IMG/VR virus record: IMGVR_UViG_3300046314_000711
DNA: 64,000 nt
Source: a virus
Strand: one strand, 5' to 3'
Shown: positions 1-10,727 of the stretch, in pieces
Numbering within the stretch: the first letter of the stretch is position 1
Layout: every line of letters starts with the position of its first letter
Translations under genes and position numbers: made by a program
The notes under the pieces: generated by a model
Database searches by the model: none
The model's input: the letters and a program-made list of their open reading frames with translations, nothing else
Told to the model about the DNA's origin: nothing

Positions 1-3000
1 GTTGGTACCACTCAGCAACGTCCTATTGGTGTTGCTGGTATGCAACGCTTCAACACCTCGACAACTCAACTAGAGTACTTTGATGGTACCTCTTGGGTTC
101 AAGGTGCTGATGGTACGGTATCTTCTGTAACAGTTACAGCAGATGGCACTACATTGAAAGTTAATGGTGGCGCATCTGCTGCTATCACAACGGCTGGTAC
201 ATTTGCATTGACGTTGGACCAAACTCTCGTTAATTTGGCAGCTTCCACCCCTCCAATCTCTGGTGGTTCGGTTGTTCGTCTCGCAGATGATACGTTCATT
301 TCTCGCGAATTGGTTGGAACTGCTCCTGTCATCGTTACAAACGGTGATGGCGTTGACGGTAATCCAACTGTTAGCGTAAATGCAGAACTATCTGGCGTAT
401 CCACACTATCTACAATTGGTGGCGTGTTCCGCACGGGTACTGGTGCATATACAACAAAGACGTTCGCTAGATCTGGTGACATCACCATCACTGAAGATGC
501 TACTTCAGTGACCTTCGGCTACACCGCTTCCGGTGACTTAGCAGCTCTAACTGCATTGGGTAATGGCTTCGTTGTTAAAACAGGCACAAATACATATGCT
601 GCAGGTTCGATTACAACATCTGGTGCTGAATTGTCTGTTACCGGCACAGCTACAGATCCAGTTATCACCTACACACCATCTGCAAATGTTGCTGCTGTTA
701 ATGCACTAACGGGTACTGGCTATGTCGTTCGTTTGGCTAATGGATCACTAGCAAGCCATTCTATCACTGGTACTACGGATACATCTACTGGTTCTATCGT
801 AGTTACAGATGGTGGTAGCGTAACTGGCACTTCTATTAGTTTTACTCCTGGCACTGAACTAAGTGGTTTAGCTGGACTATCCACACTAGGTTTGGTTGCT
901 CGTACAGATGCTGGAACATATGTTCCAGTTACTCTAACACCTGCTACCTCCACAGCCGCTGGCGTTGTGACAATCACGAACGGTAACGGCAACGGCACTC
1001 CTACAATTGGCTTTACAGCTGGTACTGAACTAGCTGCTCTATCCACAAATACTGCTACTGGCTTAATCAGTCGCGATGGCGCTGGTGTATACACTGGCAA
1101 AACAATCGTCGGACAAGGTTCAATTGTTGTTACGTACGGTACCGGTCTAGATGCTGGTAACATCAATGTTTCTTACACAGCTGGTGCAAACTTGGCTGCA
1201 ATCGAAGGATTGGCTACATCCGGTTTGGTAACATTTAACAGCACCACAGGTGTGTTTGATGCGATTGAAGTAACTGGTACTGCTGGTAATATTGTAGTGT
1301 CTGCTGGAGCAGTTGCTCCTGTAATCAACCTAGCATCTGTAACCCAAGCATCATCTGGTACTTTCTCTAAAGTTACATTGGATGGTTTCGGTCGTGTTAC
1401 TGGTAATACTCCAGTTACTACTGCTGATATCACTGCTCTAGTTGACGCCACTTATGTAAATGCTGCTGGTGACTCTATGTCTGGTACGCTGGCAATGAAT
1501 AACAATGTTATTACTGGTCTAGCTTCTCCTGTAGGTGCAACCGATGCGGTAACAAAAGGTTATGTTGATAGTCTAGCTGGTGGTTTGTCTTGGCAAGCTC
1601 CCGTTGACAGCGTTGGTACAGCTCTACCAGGTTCTGCAGCTCCTGGTGACCGTTTCTTGAACACTACTGACGGTAAAATCTACACCGCAACTGCAACTGA
1701 CACTTGGAATGCTGGCGTTACACCTGCTGACGGTTATGCATTGTTTGATCGTGCAACAGAAACAGGTTACGTATTCTCTGGTACTGATTGGGTTCAATTT
1801 ACTGGCGCAGGTCAAATTGCAGCTGGTGTTGGCTTGTCACAATCTGGTAATGTACTATCTGTTAATATGGGTGCTGGTGTTGCTCAACTACCATCTGATG
1901 AGATCGGTATTGATCTAGCTAACCCAACAGCTGGCGGCTTGCGTTTGCAAGTGTCTGGTGTTGATTCCACAGCTACAGCCGCCAAACTCGCTTTGGTGCT
2001 AAAGTCTGCTGGTGGTCTAACACAAGACGTTGATGGTTTGTATGTTCCTGCAGCTGGTATTACAAATGCAATGTTGGCAAACAGCCAAGTTACTCTAACA
2101 GGTAACACTGGTACTGATGCAGTTGCACTAGGCGAGACGGTTACAATCACTGGCGCAGGTGCTCTAAGCACAACCGTTGGTGCAAACACATTGGAAGTTT
2201 CTGTTGCTACTGCTACTGAAGCAGCTCTAGGTGTTGCTAAGTTTGCTGCAGCTGACTTCACGGTTACAGCTGGTGAAGTTACAATTGATGGTAAGCCACT
2301 AGCTAACGCTACTGACGTTACGATCACTTCTGTTGCAGAAGGTGACTTGTTAGTTTACAACAGCACAACATCTCAGTGGGAAAACGTTGCTCAAAGCACA
2401 ATTGTTCCAGCAATCGGTATCGACGCTCTAACGGACGTTACTATCACTTCTGCTGCAACAGGTAATGTTCTACAGTATAACGGTACAAACTGGGTTAATG
2501 TAACGACTACTGATGCTGGTCTACAGGCTGTTGATTCTGGCTTGAATAGCTTAGCTGCAATGACTGGTGCAGGTTTCGTGACAGCTTCTGCTGACGGTAA
2601 CACATTCGTAACTCGCACACTAGTTGCTGGTTCTGGTGTTTCTATCTCTACATTAGACGGCTCTGCTAACCCAACAATTGCAAACACGGGTGTTCTATCT
2701 GTATCCACCTCTGGTACAGGTATCAGCGCTAACGTGAGTGCAACTGGTGATATTACAATCACAGGCAACGCAGTAACCTCTGTTACTCCTGGTACAGGCG
2801 TGTCTGCTTCTGTAACTGGTGGCGTTCTATCAGTTGCAAATACTGGTGTTGTTACCCTAGCTGGTACAACAGATCAAGTAATTGTTTCTAACACTGGTAC
2901 AGCATACACTGTTAGTCTACCAACTTCAGTAACAATCGACTCAGCTCTAACCGTAACTGGTCTGGGTGCTAACAAGACTCTAGTAACTGGCGCAGCTGGT

Positions 3001-4053
3001 CTAGTATCTGGTGTCACTCTAACAGATGGTCAATTCCTAATTGGTGCAACTGGTGCAGCTCCTACTGCTGGTACAATCACTGCTGGTGCAGGTGTTACTG
3101 TAACAAATAGTGCAAATGGTATTTCCATCGCTATTACTGGTGGTGCTGCAGTAAACAGTGTTGCTGTTACGACAGCTTCTGCTGGTGCACTAACAGTTAC
3201 TGCTGGTGGTACTGCAGCTGCTCCGACATTTGCAATTGCTGCTGATGCTGGTTTGGAATCTCTAGCTGCTCTAGCAACTACCGGTATCGTTGTGCAAACC
3301 GCAGCTGATACGTTCGCGACCCGCACTTTAGTTGCTGGCACGGGCGTTAGCTTGGTTAATGATGCTGGCGTTGCTGGTGATATCACCATCACCAACACTG
3401 GTGTGACTTCCGTTGCACTTGCGTTGCCAAGTATCTTCAACGTAACTGGTTCTCCAGTAACAACAACAGGTACGCTAACTGCTGCTCTAACATCACAAGC
3501 TGTTGGTACAGTATTTGCTGCTCCTGTGGTTGGTTCTGGTGCTCCAACGTTCCGTGCTCTGGCATACAGCGATCTACCAATTGCTTTGTATACAGAAAAT
3601 ACAACTCCTAAGACAGTTAACTTGACTGCAAATGTAGTGACACACACCTCTGGTGACTTCACAGCAGCTAATGATGCCGCTGCAATTGAAATGGTTCTAC
3701 GCAACACAACAGCTAACGCTGGTGTTACTGAGCTATTCATTGACGGTGCAGCAGTTCAAGCAGCTCTGCCAGCTAATGCAGCATGGAATTTCACTGTTCA
3801 AGTTATTGGTCGTGGAACAGGTGCATCTGCAGCATATCGTTTCGACGGTATCATCGCACGCGATGCTGTACCATCGTCAATCGCATTCATTGGTGTACCA
3901 TCTAAGTCTATCTTGGGTGAAACTAATATTGCTCTTGATGCTGCAGTTGTAGCTGACGCTTCAAGTGGTGCTCTAAAAGTTACCGTTACTGGCGACGATG
4001 CAGTAGCAATGAAGTGGGTTGCTACAATCCGCGCAGCGCAAGTTATTGGTTAA
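1..4053 (+). CDS. Large Gly/Thr/Ala/Val-rich virion fibre protein (5'-truncated by window)
   Basis: Frame is open from base 1 (VGTTQQRPIGVAG precedes the ATG at 40). Repetitive beta-strand-like T/G/V/A units, fibre motifs (VTLDGFGRVT, DAVTKGYVD), N- and C-terminal domains shared with the next gene. Confidence 0.75.
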   Translation, partial: VGTTQQRPIGVAGMQRFNTSTTQLEYFDGTSWVQGADGTVSSVTVTADGTTLKVNGGASAAITTAGTFALTLDQTLVNLAASTPPISGGSVVRLADDTFISRELVGTAPVIVTNGDGVDGNPTVSVNAELSGVSTLSTIGGVFRTGTGAYTTKTFARSGDITITEDATSVTFGYTASGDLAALTALGNGFVVKTGTNTYAAGSITTSGAELSVTGTATDPVITYTPSANVAAVNALTGTGYVVRLANGSLASHSITGTTDTSTGSIVVTDGGSVTGTSISFTPGTELSGLAGLSTLGLVARTDAGTYVPVTLTPATSTAAGVVTITNGNGNGTPTIGFTAGTELAALSTNTATGLISRDGAGVYTGKTIVGQGSIVVTYGTGLDAGNINVSYTAGANLAAIEGLATSGLVTFNSTTGVFDAIEVTGTAGNIVVSAGAVAPVINLASVTQASSGTFSKVTLDGFGRVTGNTPVTTADITALVDATYVNAAGDSMSGTLAMNNNVITGLASPVGATDAVTKGYVDSLAGGLSWQAPVDSVGTALPGSAAPGDRFLNTTDGKIYTATATDTWNAGVTPADGYALFDRATETGYVFSGTDWVQFTGAGQIAAGVGLSQSGNVLSVNMGAGVAQLPSDEIGIDLANPTAGGLRLQVSGVDSTATAAKLALVLKSAGGLTQDVDGLYVPAAGITNAMLANSQVTLTGNTGTDAVALGETVTITGAGALSTTVGANTLEVSVATATEAALGVAKFAAADFTVTAGEVTIDGKPLANATDVTITSVAEGDLLVYNSTTSQWENVAQSTIVPAIGIDALTDVTITSAATGNVLQYNGTNWVNVTTTDAGLQAVDSGLNSLAAMTGAGFVTASADGNTFVTRTLVAGSGVSISTLDGSANPTIANTGVLSVSTSGTGISANVSATGDITITGNAVTSVTPGTGVSASVTGGVLSVANTGVVTLAGTTDQVIVSNTGTAYTVSLPTSVTIDSALTVTGLGANKTLVTGAAGLVSGVTLTDGQFLIGATGAAPTAGTITAGAGVTVTNSANGISIAITGGAAVNSVAVTTASAGALTVTAGGTAAAPTFAIAADAGLESLAALATTGIVVQTAADTFATRTLVAGTGVSLVNDAGVAGDITITNTGVTSVALALPSIFNVTGSPVTTTGTLTAALTSQAVGTVFAAPVVGSGAPTFRALAYSDLPIALYTENTTPKTVNLTANVVTHTSGDFTAANDAAAIEMVLRNTTANAGVTELFIDGAAVQAALPANAAWNFTVQVIGRGTGASAAYRFDGIIARDAVPSSIAFIGVPSKSILGETNIALDAAVVADASSGALKVTVTGDDAVAMKWVATIRAAQVIG

Positions 4054-4074
4054 TCAGTATTAACTTGAAAATAT

Positions 4075-4103
4075 AAAAAGAGCCTCTTCGGAGGCTCTTT
4101 TTT
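4075..4103 (+). terminator. Rho-independent terminator (likely bidirectional)
   Basis: AAAAAGAGCCTC-TTCG-GAGGCTCTTTTTT. Confidence 0.9.
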
Positions 4104-4185
4104 CGTCCCTATTATTAAGTCCATTTAAGTCCATTTAAGTATTTCTACCCTAAAGATAAATAAAATACATACAGTTAGCTTAGAC

Positions 4186-5733
4186 ATGAATTTTGATCAC
4201 AGTTTAGAAAAAATCACACCCGATTTTACAAATATCCTTACAATCGGTGGTCAAGCGTTGGAGCTGCCATTTGGCAATACTAGTGCTCGCCCTGCGGGGG
4301 TCGTCTCTGGTGCGTTGCGCTATAACACAACATTGGGTCAATTGGAGTTTTTTGGTGCTACAACTTGGGAACCCATTGTATCGTCAGTGGCTGGCAATGT
4401 TAATGCAACAGCAACAAACGTAACTGGTACTATTGCGATTACCAATGGTGGTACTGGTCAAACTACTGTTGGTGCTGCGCTTACAGCATTGCTACCACCC
4501 CAATCATCTGCAAGTGGTCAGTATTTAACTTCCAACGGATCGACAGCTTCATGGGCTAGCTTACCAAGTTTTGCTGACTCCATTTCTATTGTTAGTGCAA
4601 ATGGTGTTTCAGGTTCGATTGCAACGATATCTTCAACCGCCGCCATTACACTGACACTTGGCAACATCACACCAACCTCAGTCGCTGCAACAGGGCAAAT
4701 AACAGGCGCTAACTTATCTGGTATTAACACTGGCGACGAGACTTCTACTACAATCAAATCCAAGTTGGGTGTTACCACATTAACCGGCAACAATACTGGA
4801 GACCAAACAATCACATTATCAGGTGACGTTGCGGGTTCTGGTACTGGGTTGCTTGATGTTGTGCTTGCGAATACGGGAGTAGTCCCAGGTACCTATACAA
4901 AAATAATCGTCGATGCAAAAGGTCGAGTAACAGCAGGTGCATCACTATCATCTAGTGACATCACGTCTGCATTGGGGTTCACTCCAAGCAATGCAGCAAC
5001 ATCTGATGCAAGAACATCATTCGATTATACACCTCAGCAAATAACACTGTCGGGAGACGTTACTGGTTCAGGTACAACAGCGATATTGGGTACTCTAGTC
5101 TCGATAGGTACAGCTGGCACCTATGTTAATGTGACGACTGATGAAAAAGGTCGTGTGATAGCCGGAGCATCGACTCAACATTGGAACACAATTACATCTA
5201 CACCAACCACTGTAGCTGGATATGGAATCACAAATGCAGTTACAAATTTAACTTCTACAACCGCTGCCGTCGCTACCGGCGTTGGCGCTGCAACGGCGGT
5301 ATATGGTGCGATCGTTCGTGCAAGTGGAAATTTTTCAGTAGTCGGGGACGCACAGACGGGTGTATACGTTCTTCGCAATTATACAACAACATCTGCACCG
5401 ACAGAACTGTTCACAGACGGCTCATCTGCCCAAATTATACTACCAACAAATAGCGCATATACTTATTTTATGCAAGTGGTTGGCCGTCGCGTCGACTCTA
5501 TCGGAAGCATTGGTAGTTGGGAAATTCGTGGCGCAATCAGTCGTGATGCTACAGCAGCATCTACTTCTTTTGCGGGTGGTGGTAGCAAAACTACACTCAG
5601 TCGTCCGACAAACTGGGATGTTGAGGTATTTGCTGACATTAACAGTGGTGCATTGACTGTCAAAGTAACAGGTGCTACTGGACAAACAATTCGTTGGGTA
5701 GCAACTGTTATCACAACCGAGGTGATTGGTTAA
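4186..5733 (+). CDS. Virion fibre protein, paralog of upstream gene
   Basis: Repeats ITLSGDVxGSGT and GTYxxVxxDxKGRVxAG; C-terminal ~120 aa similar to the 1..4053 product (VLRNxT..TELFxDG..SGALxVxVTG..WVAT..VIG). Confidence 0.75.
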   Translation: MNFDHSLEKITPDFTNILTIGGQALELPFGNTSARPAGVVSGALRYNTTLGQLEFFGATTWEPIVSSVAGNVNATATNVTGTIAITNGGTGQTTVGAALTALLPPQSSASGQYLTSNGSTASWASLPSFADSISIVSANGVSGSIATISSTAAITLTLGNITPTSVAATGQITGANLSGINTGDETSTTIKSKLGVTTLTGNNTGDQTITLSGDVAGSGTGLLDVVLANTGVVPGTYTKIIVDAKGRVTAGASLSSSDITSALGFTPSNAATSDARTSFDYTPQQITLSGDVTGSGTTAILGTLVSIGTAGTYVNVTTDEKGRVIAGASTQHWNTITSTPTTVAGYGITNAVTNLTSTTAAVATGVGAATAVYGAIVRASGNFSVVGDAQTGVYVLRNYTTTSAPTELFTDGSSAQIILPTNSAYTYFMQVVGRRVDSIGSIGSWEIRGAISRDATAASTSFAGGGSKTTLSRPTNWDVEVFADINSGALTVKVTGATGQTIRWVATVITTEVIG

Positions 5734-6080
5734 TACTTATTTTCTCGGTAACACTGATGTGATTCAAGGTAGTGTTGTTAATTTCCATGATATAAAGGTA
5801 CAAACCGGTTAATACTGATATTTGTACTTACTAACAATCGGTAGCAACACATCACCGGGGACACGTGATATACTAAGGCATATCTCAGTAAGTGGGTATG
5901 GTGTGGTTAGTGATATCTGAGTATAGTGGGTTACGGTGAATTTACAGGCGAGCAATCTCATTGTGATGACTGACGCTGAGTTGTTGACTTCTTACATAAA
6001 TCAAATTAGTGCGTATAAACAGCAACTAAAAATTAACCAATCGCATAAATAATTTCATCATTACTCCAGTACTCGTATCA

Positions 6081-6524
6081 ATGTATCAAATATCAACACT
6101 AATCCAACGCCTCGGCGATATTTTGTTACTATCTCTTCGACCAGTGCAACTAATACTTGCTGTATCTGCAATTGTTGTTACAATCTCTCTTGTAATCTCG
6201 TCTGTGATTCGCGACCCTGTAGTGGTGAATCTATATAGTTATGGTATTACTATACATGCGTGGGTAGCAGCAGTTGCTTTTTCTGCATACGCCGGATTGT
6301 CATTATATTGTAGTATGGTTGTTCGGCGTGCTGAATCAGATTCAGTCATTCGGTACACCACAACTATCACTGGCCTCGCGCTTTGGACAATCGTATTTGC
6401 ACTAGATGTGTTGCTTAATTTTACAACGTTGGTGGGGCTGCGCATCATTCCTATTTTTGCAGAAGGTTTGATCATTGCTCAATTGATGTCGGATGTTAGG
6501 TCCCAAGATCGGAGAGCGCTATGA
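6081..6524 (+). CDS. Membrane protein (about 4 TM), possible holin
   Basis: Four hydrophobic stretches; TAAATA late motif upstream; ATGA overlap with next gene. Confidence 0.45.
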   Translation: MYQISTLIQRLGDILLLSLRPVQLILAVSAIVVTISLVISSVIRDPVVVNLYSYGITIHAWVAAVAFSAYAGLSLYCSMVVRRAESDSVIRYTTTITGLALWTIVFALDVLLNFTTLVGLRIIPIFAEGLIIAQLMSDVRSQDRRAL

Positions 6525-6889
6525 GCTTCAATGAAAGTGATCTTGTAACGTATGCTTCGGGGTTAGTGGCAGCAATTGGTGGTGGTATATTTGGATTACA
6601 AAAGGCGATGAAAATGTGGTCGTCAGACAAACGAGATATCTATAAGAATAATGTGGAGACGGACTTGTTCCAGCGATTGAGTGACGAGACTAAACGTCTG
6701 CATGAACAAAATCAGACGCTATCCACCACAATTGAAAGCTTGCGTGTTGAACTTGGTAAGTTGCATGAAGAGATTACCAACTTACGCATTGAAAACGTAA
6801 CACTCCGTCAAGAAGTCTCAGCACTGCATGAGGAACTTGGGGAGTTCCGTCAAGATACTCGGTTCGGTAAAAATTACCCAAAATCTTAA
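6521..6889 (+). CDS. N-terminal TM plus coiled-coil protein (possible lysis accessory)
   Basis: Hydrophobic LVAAIGGGIFGL followed by heptad-like LHEQNQTLSTTIESLRVELGKLHEEITNLR. Confidence 0.45.
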   Translation: MSFNESDLVTYASGLVAAIGGGIFGLQKAMKMWSSDKRDIYKNNVETDLFQRLSDETKRLHEQNQTLSTTIESLRVELGKLHEEITNLRIENVTLRQEVSALHEELGEFRQDTRFGKNYPKS

Positions 6890-6951
6890 CCTATCCTTAG
6901 AGTTACATCGAGAAATAGGGCAGTAAATACTCTGCCCTATTTGCTTTTCCT

Positions 6952-7800
6952 ATGCAACAAACTAATCCACTATTACGCACACTGCGCCTCCCGGGTGAGA
7001 CAGTCGTACTGCCAAGCAAGGCACTGTTCTACAAAAATAGCGAAGTTGCTAATGAAGTGATTACCAGCGGCGGTGAAATCTATGTCCAGCCAATGACCAC
7101 GTATGAAGAAATATTGATGAAGACTCCAGATATGCTATTCACTGGACAGGCGATTGTACAAACATTTGCACGGTGCATTCCGCAAATTTACAACCCATTA
7201 GAGCTACTCGCCGCTGATGTTGATTTTCTGCTAATCGTTCTTCGTAAAGTATCACTTGGTGCATCGCTAGTAATTACTTACGACCACGGTTGTGATAATA
7301 GCAAGCAGCATGAGTACTTGGTTGATATTAATAAATTTATCAGAGAGACAAAAAACGCAGATCCATCAACAGTGATGCAATCGTTCGAGCACACGCTCCC
7401 TAACGGGCAACACGTCACTATGCGTCCATATCGCCTCAAGGATGTGCTTAATATATCACAAGTAGCTGTCAACGAACCGATTGGTGATGATGTCGACGAC
7501 TTAACTCGAGCTGCATTTATATCTAAGTTACTGATTACAGGAACTCTACCAGCAATTGAATGTGTTACTGCTGACGGAGAGCCGATACAGGAACCTGCTA
7601 TGATCGTGGAGTGGTTGCAATCGTTACCTGTATTGTGGATTAAGGAATTGTCTAGTGTGATAGATCGTGCTAATAAATGGGGCGTTGATCCAATGTCGTC
7701 AGTTGTGTGTAAAGACTGTGGTGAACAATTATCAGTGCAAGTTCCGCTGAACCCTCAAAGTTTTTTTACATCACCCTCCGATCTGGAAACACTGAACTAA
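6952..7800 (+). CDS. Baseplate hub / tail assembly chaperone, T4 gp26-like
   Basis: LPSK..FY, PMTxxEEI, DVDFLLIxLRxxSxG, C-terminal CxxC..PLNPQSFF; upstream of tape measure. Confidence 0.7.
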   Translation: MQQTNPLLRTLRLPGETVVLPSKALFYKNSEVANEVITSGGEIYVQPMTTYEEILMKTPDMLFTGQAIVQTFARCIPQIYNPLELLAADVDFLLIVLRKVSLGASLVITYDHGCDNSKQHEYLVDINKFIRETKNADPSTVMQSFEHTLPNGQHVTMRPYRLKDVLNISQVAVNEPIGDDVDDLTRAAFISKLLITGTLPAIECVTADGEPIQEPAMIVEWLQSLPVLWIKELSSVIDRANKWGVDPMSSVVCKDCGEQLSVQVPLNPQSFFTSPSDLETLN

Positions 7801-7808
7801 TCAAATCG

Positions 7809-7997
7809 ATGTTTGAGCGGTTGGAGGGGGAAGCTACACATTTACTCAATGAACTAATTGAACTTTCATATTTCATGCGAGGAGCGATTACATACGATGC
7901 ACTGATGGGCAAAACTTTCACCGAACGTCGAATGATTGGTGAATTTTTGTCCAGTCGACTGGAATCAGAGTCGCAAAAGGCAAGCCCAAACTATTGA
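7809..7997 (+). CDS. gp51-like small chaperone; probably expressed as a -1 frameshift fusion with the upstream gene
   Basis: YFMRGAITYDxLM..TFxERR pattern; frame open back to the T7 run at 7761-7767; no evident SD. Confidence 0.6.
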   Translation: MFERLEGEATHLLNELIELSYFMRGAITYDALMGKTFTERRMIGEFLSSRLESESQKASPNY

Positions 7998-8034
7998 CCC
8001 CATCGCTAAATACTTACCACACAACCAATAACAA

Positions 8035-10662
8035 ATGGCAACAACCTCGCAAACACAAGGTAATACCCAGAGTACTTCACAGACTGGAGTATCCACTAAC
8101 TCTCAAGGAGCTATCATCGACTCTGTAAACAATGGTTTGCGTGCAATGGTCATGGAGTTGGGTAAGCTTTCGGACACATTAATTGATGTCCGCAAAGAAC
8201 AGGTGCAAAACTACAAGGCTGAAAAGCGACGCAATGAAGTGCTTGCCAGCGAGATCACTGGAATTTGGAAAACGCCACTGCGTGAGTTGAATAAAAGTAT
8301 ACGAGAATCGTCTAAATCAACAATCAGCGACACCGAGGCAACTGTCAAGCACGCTAAAGCTGTCGGCGAGGATAGTAAGGCGTTGGGAACCTCAGCCACA
8401 CAATCTCTTAAAGTAATCGACGCACGAAAGCGCGAAGAGCAGGCAATTAAAGATGCTGAGCGTATAAAGACTCTGTCAAAACGCAAACTGCAAGCAGAGG
8501 TTGCTGTTCGTAGTACTTTACTAAAAACTCAAAACCGAGAGCTACTAGCTGCTACAAATCATTTGGAGGAATTATCCAAGCAAGTTGTCACAGCGTCTAA
8601 GGCAGGTAAAGTCGATGACGATCTTGCGAAAAGATATGCAGCATCTGCTGCAAAATTTCACACATTGAGTGATACAGCATCAGCAACCACTAAGGGACTT
8701 GATACCTACAAAACTGCACTAACAGGTCACGTTAGTTTGTTAAAAGGCGCTACTTCTGCACTTGCTAGCTTCGCAAAAGGGCTTGCATTTGGTCAGATGA
8801 CAAAGAGGTTGTATGAGGAAGCACAATCTGCAAAAGTTACTGGTAATTATGCTAACTCCACTGATTTTATGTCAGGACAGGGCACTGCTCTTAGTATGGG
8901 GCTTGGTTCCCAAGCGTTCAACGAAATTACCGCATCTGCTCGTGCAGCATCATTAACAACGACCTCTGTTGGTGAATTTAATGACATACTCAAACAGTCA
9001 ACTAATAGTTTGCAAACCATCACTACCTCTCGTGAGGAAAGTGCACGACTGTCTGCTCAAGTATTGCAAGGTGCAGCAACCGCAGGTATTAGTGCGAAAG
9101 TTGCTGCTACTCAAATGGATGAGTTGGCTACCAACGCGATGAAATTGTCGAAGATTACTGGGCAGTCGGCTACGGATATGATGAAACTATCCGTAGCGAT
9201 AACAGAAGATCGTGACCATCGTGAGACCATGTTGGGTTTGAATCAAGAAGAGCGAGCTAATTATGTAAAAAAACAGTCGCGAGATTTGTTGGAGTATAAG
9301 CTGCAAGGATACTCTCTCGAGCAAGCTCAAGAGTTGCAAAAGATCGCTATGCAAACTCGCACTCAGGGTATATCTGAACGCATAGGTAATCAAGCTAAAC
9401 AACAATCAGCTGGTAGTGTACTAGCTAATCTATACTCTGGTTCGGCAGGATCTGCCATCAGAGAAAATCTAAAAAAACAAGCTATCCTTGATGCAAGGGG
9501 TCGAACTGGATTGACCGGCGTGCAGAGTGATGAACTAGAAAAGCAGAAGAAAGAAAATGCAGCTGAACTCACTAGGTTGGAAGCACAAGCCTATCAAACA
9601 CAACAGCTAACAGAGGTACAACGTGGGATACGAGCAGATCGGGTAAAACAGCTGCAAGAAGCGTCGGGAGTTGGTGCTGCTCAGTCTAAAATGGAAACTG
9701 CAGTGAATCCAGATACACTTGAAGCGAAGGTAGGCGAAACATCTCAAGGCGCAAAAGGCTCCCCACTTGATATTGCCACTACTCTTGCTGGATACGGCAC
9801 GGCCCTTAAAGAAAATACAACGGCACTGTGGGCAGTGGCTGCAGCAGTAGCTGTGTATTCGGTTGTTAAAGGCGGACTTGGCATTTCTGATCTAATGTCA
9901 GCTGGTAAAGGTCGTTCCATTGCAGGAATAGGAAGGCGTGCTTCGAGGCGAGGCGCAGTAGCTGCAATCAGAGCAGGTCAGGTAGGTTCGGGGTTATTAA
10001 CTGCATTCTCGACTGCAGGTAGCGCAGGACCAACAGCTGTGTCTGCTGCTGAAACTATTGCTAGAAGTAAAGGATTTTTAGCTGGCGCCCCAGGAGCCGG
10101 TACAGCTCTTACGGCCGGAAAGGGGTTGATAACTGCTGGTTCTCTTATCAAAGGGGTTACAGGTGGTTTGGGTGGGCTTGCTGGATATGGTCTTGGCGTT
10201 GCGAGTGAAAAGGCTGGTGGATATGGCACTACTACAGGCACCTCGCTGAATCTCATGTCTAACATTGCTGAAGGAGCGGGGATGGGAATGTTAGCGGGTC
10301 CTTGGGGCGCTTTAGCAGGTGGTGTTGCAGGTGCGGGTGTTACAGCATATAACTACTATAATTCTCCAACAGCCAAGTTGGCTCGACAAGAGCAGGATGC
10401 GAAGGAAAAGGCAGCCAAAGAATCTGCAGAACAGCAGAAGAAGCAAACGGAGATGAATAAGGATCGTGGTATCCGGTCGTCGTCCACTGATGATCTACAA
10501 CGTGAGTTTTTTATGCTTGCTATCGAATTCTATCGTAATGCTGATCCACTGGCTGACAAAGAAACTCGAGCAAAACACGCCGAAGCTCTTCATCGTATTG
10601 CCTCTCACTCTAATCTCAATAATGCTGGATGGGCTGCAAGTGCAACCCAAACAGGTAGCTAA
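8035..10662 (+). CDS. Tail tape measure protein
   Basis: 875 aa, helical Ala/Gln/Lys-rich, Gly-rich hydrophobic C-terminal segments (GPWGALAGGVAG); follows chaperone pair. Confidence 0.7.
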   Translation: MATTSQTQGNTQSTSQTGVSTNSQGAIIDSVNNGLRAMVMELGKLSDTLIDVRKEQVQNYKAEKRRNEVLASEITGIWKTPLRELNKSIRESSKSTISDTEATVKHAKAVGEDSKALGTSATQSLKVIDARKREEQAIKDAERIKTLSKRKLQAEVAVRSTLLKTQNRELLAATNHLEELSKQVVTASKAGKVDDDLAKRYAASAAKFHTLSDTASATTKGLDTYKTALTGHVSLLKGATSALASFAKGLAFGQMTKRLYEEAQSAKVTGNYANSTDFMSGQGTALSMGLGSQAFNEITASARAASLTTTSVGEFNDILKQSTNSLQTITTSREESARLSAQVLQGAATAGISAKVAATQMDELATNAMKLSKITGQSATDMMKLSVAITEDRDHRETMLGLNQEERANYVKKQSRDLLEYKLQGYSLEQAQELQKIAMQTRTQGISERIGNQAKQQSAGSVLANLYSGSAGSAIRENLKKQAILDARGRTGLTGVQSDELEKQKKENAAELTRLEAQAYQTQQLTEVQRGIRADRVKQLQEASGVGAAQSKMETAVNPDTLEAKVGETSQGAKGSPLDIATTLAGYGTALKENTTALWAVAAAVAVYSVVKGGLGISDLMSAGKGRSIAGIGRRASRRGAVAAIRAGQVGSGLLTAFSTAGSAGPTAVSAAETIARSKGFLAGAPGAGTALTAGKGLITAGSLIKGVTGGLGGLAGYGLGVASEKAGGYGTTTGTSLNLMSNIAEGAGMGMLAGPWGALAGGVAGAGVTAYNYYNSPTAKLARQEQDAKEKAAKESAEQQKKQTEMNKDRGIRSSSTDDLQREFFMLAIEFYRNADPLADKETRAKHAEALHRIASHSNLNNAGWAASATQTGS

Positions 10663-10727
10663 AATAGTTAACCATTGCCCCCACGTACTAAATACTGGGA
10701 TATTAAAGTCAAAGAATACTGTTTCCA

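Noticed and set aside
99-3740. Long minus-strand ORFs within the fibre gene (and similar shadows elsewhere)
   Set aside because: Antisense shadows of biased codon use; no motifs or start signals.
4115-4141. TTAAGTCCAT tandem repeat as a CRISPR or iteron array
   Set aside because: Only about 2.5 copies with no spacers.
5734-6080. 350-nt gap as ncRNA or gene
   Set aside because: Only short ORFs (about 50 aa on minus, 28 aa on plus) and no convincing structure by eye; unresolved.
6081-6889. Complete lysis cassette
   Set aside because: No endolysin recognised nearby and the spanins are 41 kb away; the holin call stays tentative.
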